IMG/VR virus record: IMGVR_UViG_3300032227_000196
Span: 1-36,203 of that record
Strand: one strand, 5' to 3'
DNA: 36,203 nt
DNA from: a virus
Taxonomy: Duplodnaviria > Caudoviricetes
A program made the position numbers and the translations under genes. A model generated the notes under the pieces. That model did not search any database. It was given only the letters and a program-made list of their open reading frames with translations, and was not told the DNA's origin. Shown one piece after another: positions 16,044 through 26,402 of this stretch. Each line of letters starts with the position of its first letter. Within the stretch, counting starts at the first letter, position 1.

Positions 16044-17713
16044 TTTTTACTCTTATATTGGTTAACCAAATCGTCAACGGAAGGACCGCTAGCGGGGGCA
16101 CCAGCGGCGGGGACACGAGCACCCGGCGCATACGGAGCGCCGCCGGGGGTGTTTGGTTGTACGCGGCTAACCGCAGGCTTTTGTGCGTTGGGGTTTGAGC
16201 CGGGCATGACGCCGCCTCGTTCGCGGGGTTCGGGCAAAGCACCGTACTGTTGAAACTCTGGGCGTTTCAAAGTATCAACATGCGCTTTTTCATACGCATC
16301 TCGGATGCGATTTTTAGACGTTTGAATTTGCGCTTCCACGTCGTCAAGGGCTTCGCGGTAGGCTTTTTCGCCTTTTCCGGGGTCAAGTGCCGCCACCATG
16401 TTAGTTAAGATTTTCCATTCTTGAGTAGCTATCGAGCCAATTGCGCCTGTTGAAGCAACGGCGGCTTTACCCATAGCCGTCACTCGTCCTTTCAGCGTCT
16501 CCATGCGATTTTCCGACGTCGCTGCTGCGCCGCCCGGAATTGAAGGGATATACGCCGAAACGCCTGTAGTCCCGGCAAGATTAGACCCTTGGACATTTTG
16601 AACCGCGTCGTGCGCGTTTTCAAGTGTGTCCAAGATAGATGTGGCGGCTGAATACGATTTGCTCAGCCCTTGCTCTATTCTAAATTTTTCAGCGGGTTTC
16701 AGCTCTGCCGTGCCGCCTTCACCTTTGATAGCGTTGGCTTTGGCGATGCGGTCGTTGTAGATTTCCAAAAGTTCTTGATAGTCGGGCGCGTTCTTATCCA
16801 GCGCGTTGCGCTCTTTAATGAGCCTGCCAACATCCGACAAAGTTTCGGCGGTTTTAGATTTGCCCTCAGTGCCAGGAATAGGGGTTGCCTGCTGGGTAAT
16901 CGGGTTAATGCCAACCGTGCGCGTCTGGTCACCATCAGTAATTGTCTGATAGTGCTGTTTTACGCTGTCCTGCGCTTTCAAAATCAAACTGCGTTTGAGC
17001 TGGTCAAATGCCACAGGATCGGCAGGCGCCGTCTGAGGCAGAATTTGATCTAAACCGGGCAAATCTTTAACGGCATTGCTACGCCAAGCGCCCCAAGTTT
17101 CGGGCGTCACTGTTGGCAATGCGGAAGCGTGAAACTCAATAGCTTTTGCGCCGCGTTCAAGGTCAGCTTTGGCGAGTTCAATTTCACCTTTTTTATTTTT
17201 TAGTGTAGCCTCATCAACGCCAAGGTTGGACTTGGTGTAAACGTTCTGCGCTTCTTTCAGTGCCATCAATTTGCGTACAACGGTTGGGTCAATTTTGCCC
17301 GATTGCAACGCGGTTGTAATAGCATCGTCAAAGTTTTTAGGTTGTGCAGGCATCGCAAGGCGGTTGACGGCACCTTCGGTATAGCCTTGACCGCCGCCCA
17401 GCATCCCAACGTCGCTGGCCGCGCCCGGCTCCATAGAAGGCGAATACGCCTGATACCCCGGCGCGCCTGTCTGGCCGTAAAGTTTAAGTGCTTGCGCTTC
17501 AGCCGCTTTGTCGCGCGCAACCGCCGCCGCCGCCGCCGCACGCTGCTGGTTCTGATACTCCATATCGCGCTGGGCTTTCATCATATTGAACTGGCCCTGC
17601 TGCATCTGCATCTGCATCATCTGCGCCCGAAGCGCGTTCATGCGCCCCTCGTTCGGGTCGCCGAAGTCAACGGGTTTGATGCCAAGCGCAATAGATGTGT
17701 CTAGCCCAGCCAT
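16040..17713 (-). CDS. Internal virion / ejection protein (gp20 position)
   Basis: 557 aa, Gln/Ala-rich helical; call rests on synteny. Confidence 0.6.
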   Translation of the reverse strand: MAGLDTSIALGIKPVDFGDPNEGRMNALRAQMMQMQMQQGQFNMMKAQRDMEYQNQQRAAAAAAVARDKAAEAQALKLYGQTGAPGYQAYSPSMEPGAASDVGMLGGGQGYTEGAVNRLAMPAQPKNFDDAITTALQSGKIDPTVVRKLMALKEAQNVYTKSNLGVDEATLKNKKGEIELAKADLERGAKAIEFHASALPTVTPETWGAWRSNAVKDLPGLDQILPQTAPADPVAFDQLKRSLILKAQDSVKQHYQTITDGDQTRTVGINPITQQATPIPGTEGKSKTAETLSDVGRLIKERNALDKNAPDYQELLEIYNDRIAKANAIKGEGGTAELKPAEKFRIEQGLSKSYSAATSILDTLENAHDAVQNVQGSNLAGTTGVSAYIPSIPGGAAATSENRMETLKGRVTAMGKAAVASTGAIGSIATQEWKILTNMVAALDPGKGEKAYREALDDVEAQIQTSKNRIRDAYEKAHVDTLKRPEFQQYGALPEPRERGGVMPGSNPNAQKPAVSRVQPNTPGGAPYAPGARVPAAGAPASGPSVDDLVNQYKSKK

Positions 17714-17717
17714 AATA

Positions 17718-18602
17718 TTAGCCCCCGTAAGACCATGTAGGAGAGTTGCTCAGGTAGCTAACATTCCCGACGTTATAGCTGCCGTTGTTGTTTAGCCCTG
17801 AACCGTAATTGGCGGGGGTAAACATGTCCATCATGCCGCCGCCCTGATACCCACCACCGCCACCACCATAGGTGCTAGAGTTAAAGGCTTTACCAACACC
17901 GCCAAATGCGCTGTTCCACGCGTTAGCTTGGCCAACCGCACCCGACGCCAGCGCGTTGCCTGCTTGAAGCGCGTTGCTGCCTGCGGCTGCGCCGTAGGCG
18001 CCCGCGGCGTTGCTGGTTGCGTTAGTGGCGGTCTGACCGACGCCCATCAAAGACTGCAACGGCTGCAACTGATTGGAGCGATTGGTCTGATAACGGTTAA
18101 AAGCGTTGGCATATTCGTTTGACGCGTAGTCCTGACCGTAGCGGTTAGCGGCTTTGAGCGCGGCGCCGGAGATCAACCCGCCCCGCGAAGCGGCTTGCGC
18201 GTCAAGAGCCTTCATGCCTTCTTTCAAACGGAAAGCGTAGCCGGGGTCGGCTTGGTAGTCGGACATGTTAAAATCGCGGGCGTATTTGCCGTAATCGGCG
18301 GCATTTGGATCAACGTACAGCCCTTGCGGCAAAGTTGACGTGCCGTCTGCGCCCTTGGTGCCGTACAGCGCGGCATCCATTGGGTTAAGGCCAAGCAGCG
18401 TCAGCAGTCGGTTTTGCGCCGTCAGACCGCCCGCGCGAAACGGGGCTTGCAGTTCGGTTTGCGTATTGAAAATGTCGCGTTGAAGCGCGGTAGAACGGTC
18501 TGCGGCAGCGGCCTGCGCATTAGCCGCGCTTTTTGCCCCGCTCGCCGCCATAGACCCGCCGATTAAACTAGCGCCCGCGCCAATAATAGCTTCAATACCC
18601 AT
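17718..18602 (-). CDS. DNA transfer protein, P22 gp7-like
   Basis: IIGAGASLIGG N-terminus, DPGYAFRL.EG...AASRGGLISG; ATG 18602 follows GGAG. Confidence 0.78.
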   Translation of the reverse strand: MGIEAIIGAGASLIGGSMAASGAKSAANAQAAAADRSTALQRDIFNTQTELQAPFRAGGLTAQNRLLTLLGLNPMDAALYGTKGADGTSTLPQGLYVDPNAADYGKYARDFNMSDYQADPGYAFRLKEGMKALDAQAASRGGLISGAALKAANRYGQDYASNEYANAFNRYQTNRSNQLQPLQSLMGVGQTATNATSNAAGAYGAAAGSNALQAGNALASGAVGQANAWNSAFGGVGKAFNSSTYGGGGGGYQGGGMMDMFTPANYGSGLNNNGSYNVGNVSYLSNSPTWSYGG

Positions 18603-18963
18603 CGTGCTGTCTCCGTGCCAAAGTACCGTCGTCGCGGACGACAAACCCTAAACGCGCAAAAATGCCGTACATATATTCATGCCCCGCCATAATACGCGTA
18701 AACGCATTTTTATCAAGGAACAATTCGTTTAAGACGCCGCGAGTGGCCCAGCGTTTGCGCCATTGCGGTAGCACCGACACATGCACTTCGCCGTCTTTGA
18801 AGTACGCCGCGCCTATGCACGTCTCGTCTCGAACAATCGCCTTGACAGTCCAATCAGCCAATTCGCTCTTGTACTTGTCAAAAGACACGGACGTTGACCA
18901 ATCGGTTGCGGCGTAACCGATTTCTAACGCCGTGTCCCGATCATCAACAAGCCGAGTGGCCAT
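18592..18963 (-). CDS. GNAT-like virion assembly protein (gp14 position)
   Basis: EVHVSVLPQWRKRW...FARLGF pattern; immediately upstream of the gp7-like gene. Confidence 0.6.
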   Translation of the reverse strand: MATRLVDDRDTALEIGYAATDWSTSVSFDKYKSELADWTVKAIVRDETCIGAAYFKDGEVHVSVLPQWRKRWATRGVLNELFLDKNAFTRIMAGHEYMYGIFARLGFVVRDDGTLARRQHDGY

Positions 18964-18964
18964 G

Positions 18965-19165
18965 CTATTCGCCTACTTTTAATTTGAGCGCATTAAGTTC
19001 TGCCATCAACGTAGCAATTTGTGTTTGCAAATCAACAACAGGAGGGTTGGCGGCTTGTTCAGCTTGCCAAACGGCATATTGAGTTTGAACCGCAGCAACT
19101 TCTTCAGACGTCAACTGAATGGTCTGCACTTCACCCGTTTCAACATTAACCTCAATGCGTTCCAT
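18965..19165 (-). CDS. Small fibre-associated protein
   Basis: 66 aa, IEVNVETGE motif, C-terminal coiled coil; RBS GAGGG. Confidence 0.65.
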   Translation of the reverse strand: MERIEVNVETGEVQTIQLTSEEVAAVQTQYAVWQAEQAANPPVVDLQTQIATLMAELNALKLKVGE

Positions 19166-19174
19166 GTCACCCTC

Positions 19175-20200
19175 TTACTCGTATAAAATGTTGATTGTGC
19201 CAGCGTCAAAAGCGTCTGTGCCGCCTACTGTAGTAATGCGAACTTGTGTAAGTATTGAAGCAAGGGCAATAGCACCTGAAAACCATGATACTCTAGTAGT
19301 ATCTGATTGCGCTAATTGACCAGTTGCAACCCAAGTATTACCAGTTACATTTTGAAAAACAACTCTCCCATGCGCAATATGCGCCGCGCTGGTCGCTTGA
19401 ATAAATTGGAAATTTGTGCTAAATGCTATTAACGAATTAACAGACCCCGCGCCATACGTTGAAGAAGTTGACCCCAAATATCCCGATGAAACCATTCCAC
19501 CGGATGTTCCTAATTGGAATGCAAGTGATGGGTTTGACGCTGTTGCTGTTGAAGCCCCAGTAAATAATATTGTTAAACATTTTACCCAAGACGGGATGGA
19601 CGTAAAATCAATGGATACTCCGCTGGTAGATGCAACCGCGGTTCCAGATGTTAAAGGATAAGCTCCAGCACTTGGTACCCAATTGGTACCATCGCTAGTT
19701 AACACATTACCGGATGCGCCGGGCACAGGCGGGGTGACGGTAAGCGTGCCGGTTGATGTGATTGGGCCGCCCGGAAGAGTGAACCCGTATAGCCCCGCAC
19801 CCGCGATGCTAGTTACCGCGTTACCCGGCGTTACTGACCCCGCCGTTGTGGCGTAGGTAGCCGTTGCGGCATTTCCGGAAATGCTAATAGGCCAAGTGCC
19901 AGTAGCGTTGGAGCCGTCCACGTTGGCGGCAGCCCACAGGTTGTCCTGCGTCCAGATTTCAACGTCAGCGGCGGTCTTTAACACAAACTTGTATTTGGCC
20001 GAAGTAAGCCAAACCGACGCTTCGCCGCGCGAGTCAAGAATAACGGGGTTGGTATTGGCTACCAGACCTGTAATGCTGGTGTACGTTGCCAGCGGCGTCG
20101 TGGTGCCCGCGGCGTAGGTATAGAGCTTACCGCCAACAAGGGGCGACCCGTCATTGGCGAAGAACTGTAGCCGAGGATCGGGGGAAATACTTGCAACCAT
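19175..20200 (-). CDS. Tail fibre/tailspike-like protein with N-terminal virion-attachment domain
   Basis: QFF...G.PL.GGKLYTYAAGTTTP..TY...NTNPVILDSRGEA; Ser/Thr/Gly-rich beta C-terminus. Confidence 0.72.
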   Translation of the reverse strand: MVASISPDPRLQFFANDGSPLVGGKLYTYAAGTTTPLATYTSITGLVANTNPVILDSRGEASVWLTSAKYKFVLKTAADVEIWTQDNLWAAANVDGSNATGTWPISISGNAATATYATTAGSVTPGNAVTSIAGAGLYGFTLPGGPITSTGTLTVTPPVPGASGNVLTSDGTNWVPSAGAYPLTSGTAVASTSGVSIDFTSIPSWVKCLTILFTGASTATASNPSLAFQLGTSGGMVSSGYLGSTSSTYGAGSVNSLIAFSTNFQFIQATSAAHIAHGRVVFQNVTGNTWVATGQLAQSDTTRVSWFSGAIALASILTQVRITTVGGTDAFDAGTINILYE

Positions 20201-20230
20201 GTTGGACGCTCCAATTTACCGCATCATACC

Positions 20231-20983
20231 TTATGACGCCGCACCTTTCAAGACTACAAAGTTAACCACGGGCGCATCGACAGCCGTGCCAGTTTGCGCC
20301 CAGAAGGTAATATTAAAACTCCCCGCCGCCACCGCGCTGACGTTGAAGCTATAATTGTTGGTTGCGCCTGACTTGACCGACAGGACCACAACGTCGGTTG
20401 CAGCGATTGTGCTGTTTGTAACTGTGAACGTTGCGGGCGTTGCGGACCCCGCCGCCGAAAATAGCGTGATGGCGCCGGTCGGGGTATTACATGTAACGCC
20501 GGTTGTGCGGCTGGTGCCTTGCGTAACCGCGCCGCCTGCGCCCGTTAGATAGCCAAACGCCGTGGGCGTAGATGACCATGCAGGCGCACTGCTTGTCCCT
20601 TGTCCGACTAGCACGCCCCCCGCAACGGGCCACGGGCCGGTGCCGCCGCGCGCTGTGCTAAGGATACCCGTCCACCCGGCGGTGATAGTTGTTGAAGCCA
20701 GCAATGCGGTGTTAGGGGAGCCGCTAAGGGTCAATGTAACGTTAGTATCGTTAGCACGCGCTAACGCCGAACCAGTGATTGATATTTCGGGGTTTTGTCC
20801 ATCAGTAATTGCAAGCGGCGCGGCGGCCGTGATTGCAAGCGTGGGTTGTTGGACCCCGTTGCCTGTGATCGTAAACATATTAAGCAGGAACCGGTACCAC
20901 TGACGCGAGATAAGACCCGTCTTTTCGTCAAGAAACGGAACGCGCGGCGGCGTGATGTTGGTGATGTTTGTTGGGCTAGCCAT
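20231..20983 (-). CDS. Tail protein in the tail-needle (gp26) position
   Basis: Directly follows the gp10-like gene; ITPPRVPF...ISRQWYRF N-terminus; C-terminal domain paralogous to 33381-33788. Confidence 0.6.
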   Translation of the reverse strand: MASPTNITNITPPRVPFLDEKTGLISRQWYRFLLNMFTITGNGVQQPTLAITAAAPLAITDGQNPEISITGSALARANDTNVTLTLSGSPNTALLASTTITAGWTGILSTARGGTGPWPVAGGVLVGQGTSSAPAWSSTPTAFGYLTGAGGAVTQGTSRTTGVTCNTPTGAITLFSAAGSATPATFTVTNSTIAATDVVVLSVKSGATNNYSFNVSAVAAGSFNITFWAQTGTAVDAPVVNFVVLKGAAS

Positions 20984-22511
20984 TGGTGCCGCTCACGATC
21001 AGCTCCGCGCCAACAATGGCAATTTTGACAGGATCAGTACCAGACACTTCGTACACGCGGTCGCGCAGTTTGGTTGTCATGCCAAGACGCCGCCAGAACG
21101 TGCGGTAAGAGAACCCACCGATCTTGCCCATTGAAGTCCAATGCTCGTTGGACCAAGTGTGACCGCCGTCATCCGACCAGCGCAGCATCACTTGCGGGAT
21201 GTAGCCCGGCGCAGCAGCGTGTTGTGTTGTAACGATATACGACGGCGTTGCGCCGGTAAGGATCAGGCGGTTGCCGTTTTGCGCGGTGAGGTTCTTGCCG
21301 CCATCAGACGCGTCAAACGCGTTTAGCCCCACGCCCGTCTCGGCGTCAAGCTGAAGGCTGTGGTGCGCCGTACGTTTAAGGTTGTTGGCGTTAGGCGGCA
21401 ACGCGCGCCACGACCGCAACCACTTTTGAATAGCCCCGTTGTCGGCGTAAACATCAAGGTCGTAGATATACAGATTGCCGTTGGCATAATCGCCAAGGAC
21501 CGTTTGGCTGTTAAACTCAGCCTGACAGTTGGGGCGGTAACGGGCAAAGTCACCGTCAACCCAGCCCGCGCGCTCATGCCATGCTTGCGTCGCCACGTCG
21601 TAGACCCACGTCTTGCCTTCGCTGGGGAACGTCAAGATGTAGAACGAATGGCCGTCTTGCTGGTATGTGTAGGCCACGGCGTCGGAGATATTACCGTAGT
21701 TCTGAATTTGCCATTCGACAGCGTGCGTTGAAACGCGTACACCGCTGTAGCCATTGGCGCGGTAGACGATCCCGCGACCGCGCGTATCAGCGCCCAGCCA
21801 GAACAGCGCGTTGTCGAGCTTGGCAACAGAGAAAGTGGCAGCGCAGCCCAGCTCGTTAAACGCGCCTTGTACGCGCGCTAGGGGAAAATCAGCAGTGCCC
21901 GCGTCGTACCATACTTCGACAGAGTTGGTGCCAAACACCCACAATTCGCGGTGATCGACTATCGTTGACACGATGCCGTCAGGCGCGCCTTCGGCACTAG
22001 CAAATGACAGCGGGTCAATCTGCGTGCCGTCAAGGATTTCCGACACCCAGATAAGCTGCGAGTTTGGCTGGTTGAATACGAAGTAGCCGTCAAGGTAGCT
22101 GACCGTTGACGCGCCGGGGAAATCCTCGTCGGTGATCTGGCTGAACGCGTTGGTCGTAAGATTGTAGATATAACTTGGCCCGTTGCAGGCGATGAACATC
22201 TGCGTGCCGTTGTCGGCGATGGACACCTGACCGGTGCCCGACACGTTACCAATCAGCACCGCGTTCCATGAGGTGTCAATCTTGTAAACCTCGATGCCGC
22301 ACACCGCAAACAGATAGCCGCCGTACGACCACAGCCCCCGCACGGGGTTAGGACCAAGGTACGCAACTTTGCTTAAGCCCGGCGCGCGGTTAAGAAACCC
22401 AGATGTTTGCCCTTCGCCGGGAATGGTTTCCGGAAATAAATTGACCATGCGGCTGTCAGCAGCGTTAACGCTGCGGGCAACATAACTCTGGCCAAGGATT
22501 GGGGTTTTCAT
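20976..22511 (-). CDS. P22 gp10-like packaged-DNA stabilisation / tail hub protein
   Basis: DGYFVF, FASAEG.PD, ELWVFG..S.EVW, YQQDGHSFY, MLRWSDDGGHTW; TGATG coupling at 22511. Confidence 0.85.
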   Translation of the reverse strand: MKTPILGQSYVARSVNAADSRMVNLFPETIPGEGQTSGFLNRAPGLSKVAYLGPNPVRGLWSYGGYLFAVCGIEVYKIDTSWNAVLIGNVSGTGQVSIADNGTQMFIACNGPSYIYNLTTNAFSQITDEDFPGASTVSYLDGYFVFNQPNSQLIWVSEILDGTQIDPLSFASAEGAPDGIVSTIVDHRELWVFGTNSVEVWYDAGTADFPLARVQGAFNELGCAATFSVAKLDNALFWLGADTRGRGIVYRANGYSGVRVSTHAVEWQIQNYGNISDAVAYTYQQDGHSFYILTFPSEGKTWVYDVATQAWHERAGWVDGDFARYRPNCQAEFNSQTVLGDYANGNLYIYDLDVYADNGAIQKWLRSWRALPPNANNLKRTAHHSLQLDAETGVGLNAFDASDGGKNLTAQNGNRLILTGATPSYIVTTQHAAAPGYIPQVMLRWSDDGGHTWSNEHWTSMGKIGGFSYRTFWRRLGMTTKLRDRVYEVSGTDPVKIAIVGAELIVSGTNG

Positions 22512-23065
22512 CAGTAGCTCGGATACCATTTGGTGGTGGTGGTGTCGTAAGTCATAGTCAGGGTTTTGTTGACTACAGCGGTAGACGCTAACGCAATATT
22601 GCCTGCGGTGGTTGTGGTAAACGCGCCGGTTGGAATAAGAGTGATTCGACCGCCGCCAGACGCAATAGGCGCAGGCGGTGTAATGGTGGCGATGGCCGTT
22701 GTGCCGCTAACGAACACAATCTGTTGTGTTGGCGCGATTGTGGTGGCGCTGGCGATTGTAGCCGCGGGTGCGTTGGTGGCCGCTACGCCGGACACGGTGT
22801 AGCTAGCAAACGCAACGGTGCCGTTGATCGTTGGCGATACAATAGTGGGCGATGTAGCGCGCACGGGCGCGCCGGTGCCGGTAGCGGTCGTCCACACGGG
22901 GAACGCCGAGGCACCGCCACCCACAAGGATTTGCGTTGTCAGGCCGCCGTTGAACATCTGCGCAGCAGTCATCTGCGCGGTGACGGTGCCCTGCACAACG
23001 GGAAACACGTCGGTTGCGCTGATGGCTGCCGCAGCGGGAAGCTGAAGGATGGTTACGTCGGCCAT
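22511..23065 (-). CDS. Virion fibre/appendage protein
   Basis: Ala/Thr-rich; N-terminus MADVTILQLPAA..DVFPVVQ shared with 25742-26401. Confidence 0.65.
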   Translation of the reverse strand: MADVTILQLPAAAAISATDVFPVVQGTVTAQMTAAQMFNGGLTTQILVGGGASAFPVWTTATGTGAPVRATSPTIVSPTINGTVAFASYTVSGVAATNAPAATIASATTIAPTQQIVFVSGTTAIATITPPAPIASGGGRITLIPTGAFTTTTAGNIALASTAVVNKTLTMTYDTTTTKWYPSY

Positions 23066-23430
23066 TATGCTACCTCAACCCACTGTTGGGCTTCTTCACC
23101 CCAAACATATCTATTTTCATCGGACGGGTAAGGGGTTGGAGGCTCCCATTGATAAGTGTCAAGATTTAGCAGCCAGCTTGGAAACGGGCTTGGCGCAATA
23201 AACGCGTCAAGCCCAGTATCGTATGTAAAACCAACCCCCGCATAGTTTTTGCGGAAGTTAGCGTTGTAAGATGTCTGTTTCCAATTTGTGTAGCCGCCCG
23301 ACCAATCAGTTAGAAACGCTACTCCAACAGGTTCACTGTCAGGAAACGGTAAATTGTTTAGCGTTTCGTTGTTAACGACAATTACATCGGTAACAACATT
23401 TTGGTCGTTAAGTTTTGCAAAATGCGCCAT
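23065..23430 (-). CDS. Phage protein accompanying a glycine-rich fibre (possible chaperone)
   Basis: MAHFAKL...WKQTSYN..FRKNYAG.G.TYD...DAFIAP.PFPSW. Confidence 0.7.
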   Translation of the reverse strand: MAHFAKLNDQNVVTDVIVVNNETLNNLPFPDSEPVGVAFLTDWSGGYTNWKQTSYNANFRKNYAGVGFTYDTGLDAFIAPSPFPSWLLNLDTYQWEPPTPYPSDENRYVWGEEAQQWVEVA

Positions 23431-23439
23431 TTTCTCACC

Positions 23440-25389
23440 TTAAACGGTAAACGAACCCGAACCAGTCCACTTGTAGACAGTATCGCTGCCAACTGTGGTT
23501 ACGGTCGGGGAGCCTGTTGTTGATGCAAACGCGGTTGTTGTTCTAACAATAACAACGCCAGACCCGCCGCTACCGCCAGTAGCGGCGCCTGTTGCCGCGC
23601 CGCCACCGCCGCCCGTGTTGGCAGTCCCGTTACCGCCCGCCGCCGCGGCGCTAGTAGTGCCGCCGTTACCGCCGCCGCCAGTGCTGACAGTCCCAGTTGT
23701 TGCACCGCCGCTAAACGCACCACCGCCGCCGCCCCCTGCGTAATAAGTAGATGTGCCAGTGATGCTATTGGTAACGCCAATCCCGCCGTTTCCAACAACG
23801 CCAGATGCAGCATTACCGCCAACTGCCCCCGCGCCACCGCCACCAGCACTAGGATAGGGGGATCCACTTTGGTCAGACGATCCACCGCCATTACCTTGGC
23901 TCGTCGTTCCAGTGCTAACAGCGGCTCCCGGATAGTTACTGGCGCCGCCGCCCGACCCGCCAAATGTCCCTTGCCCACTTGTTCCCGATGCGGTCATGCT
24001 TGTTGAAGATACGGTCTGGCTGATAGAAACAGTATATGTGCCGGTACCGCCGGGTACCCCCGTTGGCTGAGTCAACTGAGCCGAGATTGTTGTGGCCCCC
24101 GTTACGCCAGAACCAGACACGGTATGCCCAACCGCCAATGTGCCGCTTGAAACAGCGGTGACAGTCATCGTCGTTCCGCTAATAGAAGCTGTAAATGCAG
24201 ATTGGGGAATGACCAGCCAAGTTCCACCGCCCCCGCCGCCTATAGCTGTCTGTGTGGTAAAGCCTGACCCACTTATGCTGCTGTTAACGCCGTTTTTGGG
24301 GGTGTTGGTATTACCCGCTACGCCAGTTCCCCCAGCCCCAACTGTAACGGTATAAGTTACAGCGGGCGTTACGGTTTGCCCGGTTTGATAAATAAGGCCG
24401 CCCGCGCCGCCGCCGCCGCCGGGTTCTGTAAGACCCCCAGAGGCACCAGCACCACCAGCAACAACAAGATAGCTAACGGCAACATACGCGCCCGTTGTTA
24501 CACTGTTTGATGCGGCTGAAGCCGCGCTATTGCCAAGGGCGTTAGTGGCATAAACAGTGAATGTGTACGTTGTGCTTCCAGTAAGTCCGGGCACTGAAAT
24601 TGGGGATGTAGACCCCGTTGCGGTGATCCCGCCGGGGCTGGAAACAGCCGTATAGCTTGTGATTGTAGCCCCGTTGTTGTTTGCTGACGGGGTAAACGCC
24701 ACGCTTGCCGTGCTGCCAGATAGGGTTGCAGCGCCAATTGTAGGCGCAGACGGAACCGCAGGGGTCTTAAAGTTTGGCCCAATGCTTGGCGCGCTAGTTC
24801 CAACGGCGTTTGTTGCCGTTAATGTTGCCGAACAAACAGTGTTATTTGGAATGTTTGTAGCGGTGATCGGCGAGCTTGTGCCTGATACAATTCTAAGAAG
24901 CGTGCTCCCCGAATACACTCTAGCTGTAACAGACGTAATTGGGCTGCCGCCGTTAAACCCTGTAGTGTACGGAATTTGAATAGACGATGTAGTTAAAGTA
25001 GTTGACGTTATAGAAATTGAAGCGGTCAACTCTGAAGAAGCTACCGTTTGCGAAAGCGACACAGTGTACGTCCCAGTAGACCCCGCGGAGCCGGTCAATT
25101 GGGCCGTAATAATTGTGTTCTGCAACACATCAGTATCAGTAATGACTTGCCCAACCGCAAGGGTTCCGCTGGCGATAGCGGTGACGGTCATGGTGGACCC
25201 GCTAATGGACGCGGTAAATATAGCAGAGTTGGCAAAACTTGGCGGGTTTGGTTTGGCTACAGCAGGAGTGCCGGGCCACTGACGCGCCCCCAAACTTTGT
25301 TGCTGTTCATCCATAGACCAAATACCCGCCGCAACGGCGGATGTTGGGTTGTTTAATGGTCCAATAAGCCCACCGTTGCCTTTACGCAT
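23440..25389 (-). CDS. Glycine-rich receptor-binding/fibre protein with FN3-like domains
   Basis: FN3-like [16 protein letters not shown]...[11 protein letters not shown]; [14 protein letters not shown]; [17 protein letters not shown]. Confidence 0.8.
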   Translation of the reverse strand: MRKGNGGLIGPLNNPTSAVAAGIWSMDEQQQSLGARQWPGTPAVAKPNPPSFANSAIFTASISGSTMTVTAIASGTLAVGQVITDTDVLQNTIITAQLTGSAGSTGTYTVSLSQTVASSELTASISITSTTLTTSSIQIPYTTGFNGGSPITSVTARVYSGSTLLRIVSGTSSPITATNIPNNTVCSATLTATNAVGTSAPSIGPNFKTPAVPSAPTIGAATLSGSTASVAFTPSANNNGATITSYTAVSSPGGITATGSTSPISVPGLTGSTTYTFTVYATNALGNSAASAASNSVTTGAYVAVSYLVVAGGAGASGGLTEPGGGGGAGGLIYQTGQTVTPAVTYTVTVGAGGTGVAGNTNTPKNGVNSSISGSGFTTQTAIGGGGGGTWLVIPQSAFTASISGTTMTVTAVSSGTLAVGHTVSGSGVTGATTISAQLTQPTGVPGGTGTYTVSISQTVSSTSMTASGTSGQGTFGGSGGGASNYPGAAVSTGTTSQGNGGGSSDQSGSPYPSAGGGGAGAVGGNAASGVVGNGGIGVTNSITGTSTYYAGGGGGGAFSGGATTGTVSTGGGGNGGTTSAAAAGGNGTANTGGGGGAATGAATGGSGGSGVVIVRTTTAFASTTGSPTVTTVGSDTVYKWTGSGSFTV

Positions 25390-25742
25390 TAGCTGATGAC
25401 CTCGTAAGATGCTACTGCCTGAAGTTTGCTTACAGTGTCCGCAGTCAGCCGCAAGCTGTCACCTTCTTCAAGATTGATGTATTTAGAAATAACATCAAGC
25501 CCCGCGCCAGCGGGGATGGAAACTTGGTACAAGATGTTATACGCCGTTGAGGCCCGAAAAACGTCAACCGTAATTTTGTAAGACGCGGCGGTGTCTATGT
25601 TACCTACATAGAGCGCGTTTATTTTTACAAGAGTGTTAGACGCCGCAGCGTTTGACACAAGGGCCGTAGCCGACGTAGGAACTGCTAGCACGGCAACTTT
25701 GCCTACGATTGATTTAGGGTTAGCTTGATTGGGCGCGGTCAT
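25389..25742 (-). CDS. Small virion structural protein
   Basis: 117 aa beta-rich, LEEGDSL...ASYEVIS; translationally coupled to both neighbours. Confidence 0.65.
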   Translation of the reverse strand: MTAPNQANPKSIVGKVAVLAVPTSATALVSNAAASNTLVKINALYVGNIDTAASYKITVDVFRASTAYNILYQVSIPAGAGLDVISKYINLEEGDSLRLTADTVSKLQAVASYEVIS

Positions 25743-26401
25743 TAGAAACTACCTCCGAAAATCATCGCGGCGATGATGGGTTTGCCAAAAGATGCGTTAG
25801 CAAATTGCGTGAACACAATGTTGTCGGTACCCACTACGATAGGCGCGGGGGTTGACTGCACCCACAATGTGTTAGCCAATGTAGACCCGCTGCTAACATA
25901 AAAACCGTCGCCAGCGTTCATTTCAGCCGACAAATCATAATCAGTAGCGCGGGTCAATACCCATGTAGTGCTTACCGACCCTGCGTTAGTGACCGTGTAC
26001 GCGCCGTTTTGCGCGGCGTTGGTTTGATCTTTAATAAGGATGCGCTGCGCAACGGCAGGCGTAGCCCCGTCAATGGTAAACACACCGTTAGCAGAAGCCG
26101 TAAGCGTGGCGCCGACGCCCGAAGAACCGTTAGAGTATGTAGCCGTCAAAGCGGCGGTGCTGCCGTAATTGCAAGGCACCTGAGCGTTTAGGCCGTTTAC
26201 GGCGGTGTCTACATACTGTTTGTTAACCAACGAATAGGCCGTTGTAGGTGTTGTAGCAGTTGTGCCGGTTACGATAGCGGGGCCGGTAAACAACAGTTCG
26301 TTTGTAAGCTGCTTGGTCGTGCCGCCTTGTACAATCGGAAGTAAGTCCGTTGTGGCGGCGGAGGTGGCAACCGGCAAAGCGGAAATTGCAACATTAGCCA
26401 T
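25742..26401 (-). CDS. Virion fibre protein
   Basis: VNKQYVD, RILIKDQTNAAQNGAY, WVLTRATDYD motifs typical of phage fibre modules. Confidence 0.72.
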   Translation of the reverse strand: MANVAISALPVATSAATTDLLPIVQGGTTKQLTNELLFTGPAIVTGTTATTPTTAYSLVNKQYVDTAVNGLNAQVPCNYGSTAALTATYSNGSSGVGATLTASANGVFTIDGATPAVAQRILIKDQTNAAQNGAYTVTNAGSVSTTWVLTRATDYDLSAEMNAGDGFYVSSGSTLANTLWVQSTPAPIVVGTDNIVFTQFANASFGKPIIAAMIFGGSF

Positions 26402-26402
26402 A

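Noticed and set aside
17522-17538. (GCC)n microsatellite
   Set aside because: Encodes a poly-Ala run in an ejection protein; in-frame, so no phase variation
19175-26401. Diversity-generating retroelement or invertible fibre cassette
   Set aside because: No reverse transcriptase or invertase; the duplicated domains are diverged throughout, not adenine-specifically
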